Both the position numbers and the translations under genes were made by a program. Shown here one piece after another: positions 27,117-30,198 of a stretch of DNA of 30,198 bases (position 1 is its first letter; the number at the start of each line of letters is the position of its first letter). The stretch spans positions 1 through 30,198 of IMG/VR virus record IMGVR_UViG_3300046103_000285; one strand, written 5' to 3'. The notes beneath the pieces were generated by a model. That model saw nothing but the letters and a program-made list of their open reading frames with translations. It was not told the origin of the DNA and made no database searches. The stretch comes from a virus (Duplodnaviria; Caudoviricetes).

Positions 27117-27512
27117 TTATTTTCCGTACCTTTTTTTAAATTTTTGAGCTGCTGTGCCCCCTGTTTTCTTTAATTTAGCCATAGCATCTTGTTTTGTTGC
27201 AGCATTGCTTTGTGCTCTTAATTTTTTAGTAGCCTTTTCTTTATATTCTTTCCCAACCATTTCTGAAATACCATATATTCCAGCAACAGGAAGCGATATA
27301 TTAGCAGCAGTTAATAAAGCATCTACTTTTTTATCAGCTTTTGTTGTTCTTAGTTTACTTTTAAGAACTTTTTGACTATCACCTTTTAAAAATTTAGAAA
27401 AATCATTTTTACTTATACCTGTTGATTTCATAGCTTTGGCCATCAACTCTTTTCCTTTTTTACTTTTTAAGCCATATTTTAATGCTTCTTTTACTATTGT
27501 TGTATATGCCAT
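27117..27512 (-). CDS. Lys-rich hypothetical protein
   Basis: 131 aa with AGGAG RBS, between terL and portal. Confidence 0.7.
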   Translation of the reverse strand: MAYTTIVKEALKYGLKSKKGKELMAKAMKSTGISKNDFSKFLKGDSQKVLKSKLRTTKADKKVDALLTAANISLPVAGIYGISEMVGKEYKEKATKKLRAQSNAATKQDAMAKLKKTGGTAAQKFKKRYGK

Positions 27513-27521
27513 AATGTTCTC

Positions 27522-28940
27522 CTATACGACTGCGACATCAGGACCTAATCTGCCCTTAGTTGCCCAGCGTGAATTTTTAGTTGTTGAATGTCTAAGGCTC
27601 AATGCAGCATATCTTGTAGCCGACATTAAATCATCTTTAAGTTTAACTAGTTTTCCATCTTTCCGATGATACATTCTATACTCCTCAAACCAGTCATAAA
27701 GGGTATTAAATACTTTAAATTTTCCATGTTCCATTCGGTCTAACATTTCCATTAGTCCTGTCTCTACACTGTTTCCCCCTTTCTTCTGCCCAATAGCAGG
27801 AGGGTTTTCAAAATGAAATGGCAACATATTAACTTGAGCATCTCTATATTGCTCGGCTAGGGTAATACCACTTCCTTTATCGTGTTGATAACCATCGTGT
27901 GGCCATACTATAGGGATATAATCACTACCTTCTCTTTCATTTATGTGAGAACCATGATAGCTCGGTATCTGTTTAGCCATTCTATAACAGTCATAAACGT
28001 ATACAATATCTTTATCTCTATCCCATGCTAACCATGCAACAGCAGTAGGGTGATCGTATCCAAAATCTATTGCTGCTATTCGTGCAAAATGCTTAGGAAT
28101 AGTAAAAGGCTCAATAGCTAGATTATCCTCATCTATAGGAAATACTAGTCCAGAACCAATCATAGGTATGCCTTTAGACCTCATCTCTCTTTCGTGTTTA
28201 GGGAGAGCAGCTAAAATCTGTTCTTTCATGTCATCGGTTAGATGACCTGCATCTTCCCAACCTGCTGTTATAAGGGCTTGTGAAGGTCTTAAATCACTGG
28301 TGAAGTTTTGAACTACCTCAGTCATACCTGATTCAGGAGTAAAGGTTAAATAGACCAATCCTCTTTTATCGAGTGTTCTAGTTATACATTGTGAGTAGAT
28401 GTCTTGGGGTGGTTCTTCATCTAGCCAAATAAGGTCTAAACTCTCCCCCATAAATTTTTCTGCCCCTTGTTCGTAAGCCTTAAAGGCAACTCGAGACCAC
28501 CCACCTGTGCTGTGTTTTACAAGTACCGAGGAATGTGCATTAGGCACACCTGGTTTCCTTGTGGTTTCGCCAATGAGATGTTTAGGGATTGAACCCTTTC
28601 CTTTATCTCTGGGGTTGTCTGGTTGCCCGAATAATTCTTTTTGACAGATGTCTCTTGTGGTTTCATTCGATGCCCCACATACCCAGGCTCTTATGGGCTT
28701 ATCAAATCGTTTACCTTTCCACCATTTAGGGTATAGCCCTGTCAAATGAGCTGCCATTTCCATAGCACCTACATACGACTTACCTACTCTGTTCGCTGCC
28801 ATAAGAAGTCTTTGATTTGCATCATTACCTGCTTTATGGAATCTTTCTTGAAAGGCGTAAGGGTGGTAGTAGTTTAGTCTATTCTCCTCTTGTCGCTTAT
28901 TTAGCTCACTTAGGATCTGTTGTGCTCGTTCTCTAGACAT
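27522..28940 (-). CDS. terL: Terminase large subunit (P22 gp2-like)
   Basis: Walker A AANRVGKS, Walker B IWLDEE, coupling motif TFTP, nuclease IDFG..HPTA and DDLMSATRYA. Confidence 0.96.
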   Translation of the reverse strand: MSRERAQQILSELNKRQEENRLNYYHPYAFQERFHKAGNDANQRLLMAANRVGKSYVGAMEMAAHLTGLYPKWWKGKRFDKPIRAWVCGASNETTRDICQKELFGQPDNPRDKGKGSIPKHLIGETTRKPGVPNAHSSVLVKHSTGGWSRVAFKAYEQGAEKFMGESLDLIWLDEEPPQDIYSQCITRTLDKRGLVYLTFTPESGMTEVVQNFTSDLRPSQALITAGWEDAGHLTDDMKEQILAALPKHEREMRSKGIPMIGSGLVFPIDEDNLAIEPFTIPKHFARIAAIDFGYDHPTAVAWLAWDRDKDIVYVYDCYRMAKQIPSYHGSHINEREGSDYIPIVWPHDGYQHDKGSGITLAEQYRDAQVNMLPFHFENPPAIGQKKGGNSVETGLMEMLDRMEHGKFKVFNTLYDWFEEYRMYHRKDGKLVKLKDDLMSATRYAALSLRHSTTKNSRWATKGRLGPDVAVV

Positions 28941-28955
28941 AATACTCCACCTCTA

Positions 28956-28983
28956 ATCCTATCTATATTTTTTAAGGTGTCAA
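28956..28983 (-). promoter_or_regulatory. Candidate sigma70 late promoter for the terL operon
   Basis: Minus strand TTGACA (28983-28978), 16 bp spacer, TAGGAT (28961-28956), then GGAG RBS. Confidence 0.55.
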
Positions 28984-29358
28984 TAGATGATAACGTTTGT
29001 TTACTCTATACTTACTCCCGACAAACTCCCTACCTATTCTAGAGTGTGTGTATTGATATATTTTATTAGTATTGATATTCCCCACCATAGCAGGAATGGA
29101 ACTATATATATAATCTGAATCTGACAAAGGGGGTTGCCACTCTCTAATATTATAATATTCTAATCAATGACTCTATTAATATTATTATTTTCTTATATAA
29201 CAGTCTTAATCATTCATATATAGTGTTTTTGGTTTCTTAGTTGCTTTTATTATTGGTGAAGTGGTTTAAGATAGTGACTATTATTTTTCTAATCTAATAT
29301 TGATACTTACCATGCCTACACAAACTATATATGTTTATCTTTATATAGAAGTAATAGG

Positions 29359-29489
29359 CTATTGGTTATCCTTTCTTAAGGTCGCGGGAATCCTATATAT
29401 GCCTTGCTATTGTCTAATTACTAGCTAATTAATGATCATTAGTTATTAAGTGTTTATATATAGCAATATATGACTATTGGTTATCCTTT
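29359..29489. repeat. 16-bp exact direct repeat CTATTGGTTATCCTTT
   Basis: Copies at 29359-29374 and 29474-29489. Confidence 0.85.
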
Positions 29490-29545
29490 GGTTGTCGAAT
29501 CTGATATTGATATGCTATTTATTATCATTGGACACGTAAAAAGAT

Positions 29546-29574
29546 TTGACTTATATAAATATATTTCATAGTAT
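29546..29574 (+). promoter_or_regulatory. Sigma70 early promoter
   Basis: TTGACT (29546-29551), 17 bp spacer, TAGTAT (29569-29574), A-rich upstream. Confidence 0.75.
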
Positions 29575-29627
29575 ATAGATATTGGAATAAATAAACGTAC
29601 ATTGATGTACATAATAAAAGAGGATAT

Positions 29628-29858
29628 ATGAACGCATTAGAAAAACTACAAAGCTACAATCAACCTAAGATTGTTAAAAAACTTTTAGAAGAAACAAAAC
29701 CATCATTAGAATTTCTTTTAAAAGGATTTAGAAAACAAAATGATGAAATGGGTATGTTTTTTGCAGAAATAACGGAAACAGTTATTCAATTAAAAAAAGA
29801 CCAAACTAAAATGAGAAAAATGTTTACTAGAATTCAAAACAGAGAATTAAACAAGTAA
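29628..29858 (+). CDS. Early hypothetical protein
   Basis: GAGGA RBS; first gene after the promoter. Confidence 0.75.
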   Translation: MNALEKLQSYNQPKIVKKLLEETKPSLEFLLKGFRKQNDEMGMFFAEITETVIQLKKDQTKMRKMFTRIQNRELNK

Positions 29859-29882
29859 ATTAATTTAAAGGAATGATTAAAT

Positions 29883-29908
29883 AGCACAGGGAAGTGCTTA
29901 TATAGGAG
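29883..29908 (+). promoter_or_regulatory. Candidate CsrA/RsmA binding hairpin next to an RBS
   Basis: AGCAC-AGGGAA-GTGCT contains ACAGGGAAGU, matching (A/U)CANGGANG(U/A); SD AGGAG at 29904-29908. Confidence 0.5.
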
Positions 29909-29915
29909 AATAGAC

Positions 29916-30198
29916 ATGAATGAAGATAAAAAATATATATATAATGCTGTTGATTTTGATACAGCTGTAGAAGTATCCGGATACCCTTGGGGATTTAGGT
30001 TAAAAACTAAAGTTAAATATTGGATTGAATCGAATAATAAGGGCGATAGATTCATTAAAAGGACTTTAAACCCCAAGACTAATGAATGGTGCAACCCTAA
30101 AAAATCAACCTATAATGCTGTTCAAGTTTTATATTTTGATGAGAATAACCACGTTAAAGGTTATGCGATAGGTAAATATGGAGTAAATGAAGAAGAAT
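29916..30198 (+). CDS. Early conserved phage protein, truncated by the window end (not in ORF track)
   Basis: AGGAG RBS; open frame MNEDKKY...GYPWGFRLKTKVKYWIE...TLNPKTNEWCNPKKSTY to the end of the window. Confidence 0.8.
   Translation, partial: MNEDKKYIYNAVDFDTAVEVSGYPWGFRLKTKVKYWIESNNKGDRFIKRTLNPKTNEWCNPKKSTYNAVQVLYFDENNHVKGYAIGKYGVNEEE

Larger units (their letters stand above)
1..30198. mobile_element. Tailed dsDNA bacteriophage genome segment, podovirus-like
   Basis: Terminase, portal, scaffold, capsid, adaptor, tail fibre and ejection genes in one operon; no tape-measure, sheath or cellular housekeeping genes. Confidence 0.97.

Noticed and set aside
29040-29520. CRISPR mini-array or DnaA boxes
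   Set aside because: Repeats are short, mostly two copies and irregularly spaced; TTATCCTTT differs from TTATCCACA at three positions.
29546-29580. Early promoter as the lambda pR' equivalent (shares TTGACTTAT)
   Set aside because: A short match in AT-rich DNA, and it points into early genes rather than the late operon.
29597-29610. LexA/SOS box
   Set aside because: Does not fit CTGT-N8-ACAG, GTTC-N7-GTTC or GAAC-N4-GTTC.
1-30198. Alternative genetic code, tRNA genes or prophage att sites
   Set aside because: Core genes are full-length under code 11 and use all three stops; no cloverleaf, integrase or host flank was seen.

Overview
AT-rich tailed dsDNA phage sequence covering most of a small podovirus-type genome, similar in gene content to marine proteobacterial phages with a DUF5309/SU10-type capsid. 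Bases 1-4380 (+) are the end of an early/middle operon resembling a lambdoid nin-Q region: HTH protein, frameshifted Ref-like HNH nuclease, degenerate PD-(D/E)XK protein, a lambda Q-like antiterminator and a DNA methyltransferase. Bases 4445-28940 (-) form one tightly packed ~24.5 kb late operon: terL, portal, small basic ORFs, scaffold, major capsid, decoration, adaptor, tail fibres, tail hub, ejection proteins, a membrane/secreted block, DUF3310, a metallophosphoesterase and, last, terS. Bases 28941-29627 are a non-coding divergent control region, and early genes restart on + at 29628. I saw no integrase, polymerase, helicase, endolysin, tRNA, CRISPR array or reverse transcriptase. The best candidate for an undescribed system is a regulatory layer: a Q-like antiterminator uncoupled from its late operon, a candidate pause-type promoter at terL, a switch-like structured RNA after the capsid gene, and a consensus CsrA/RsmA site on an early gene. 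All family assignments come from motif recognition by eye, not database searches.
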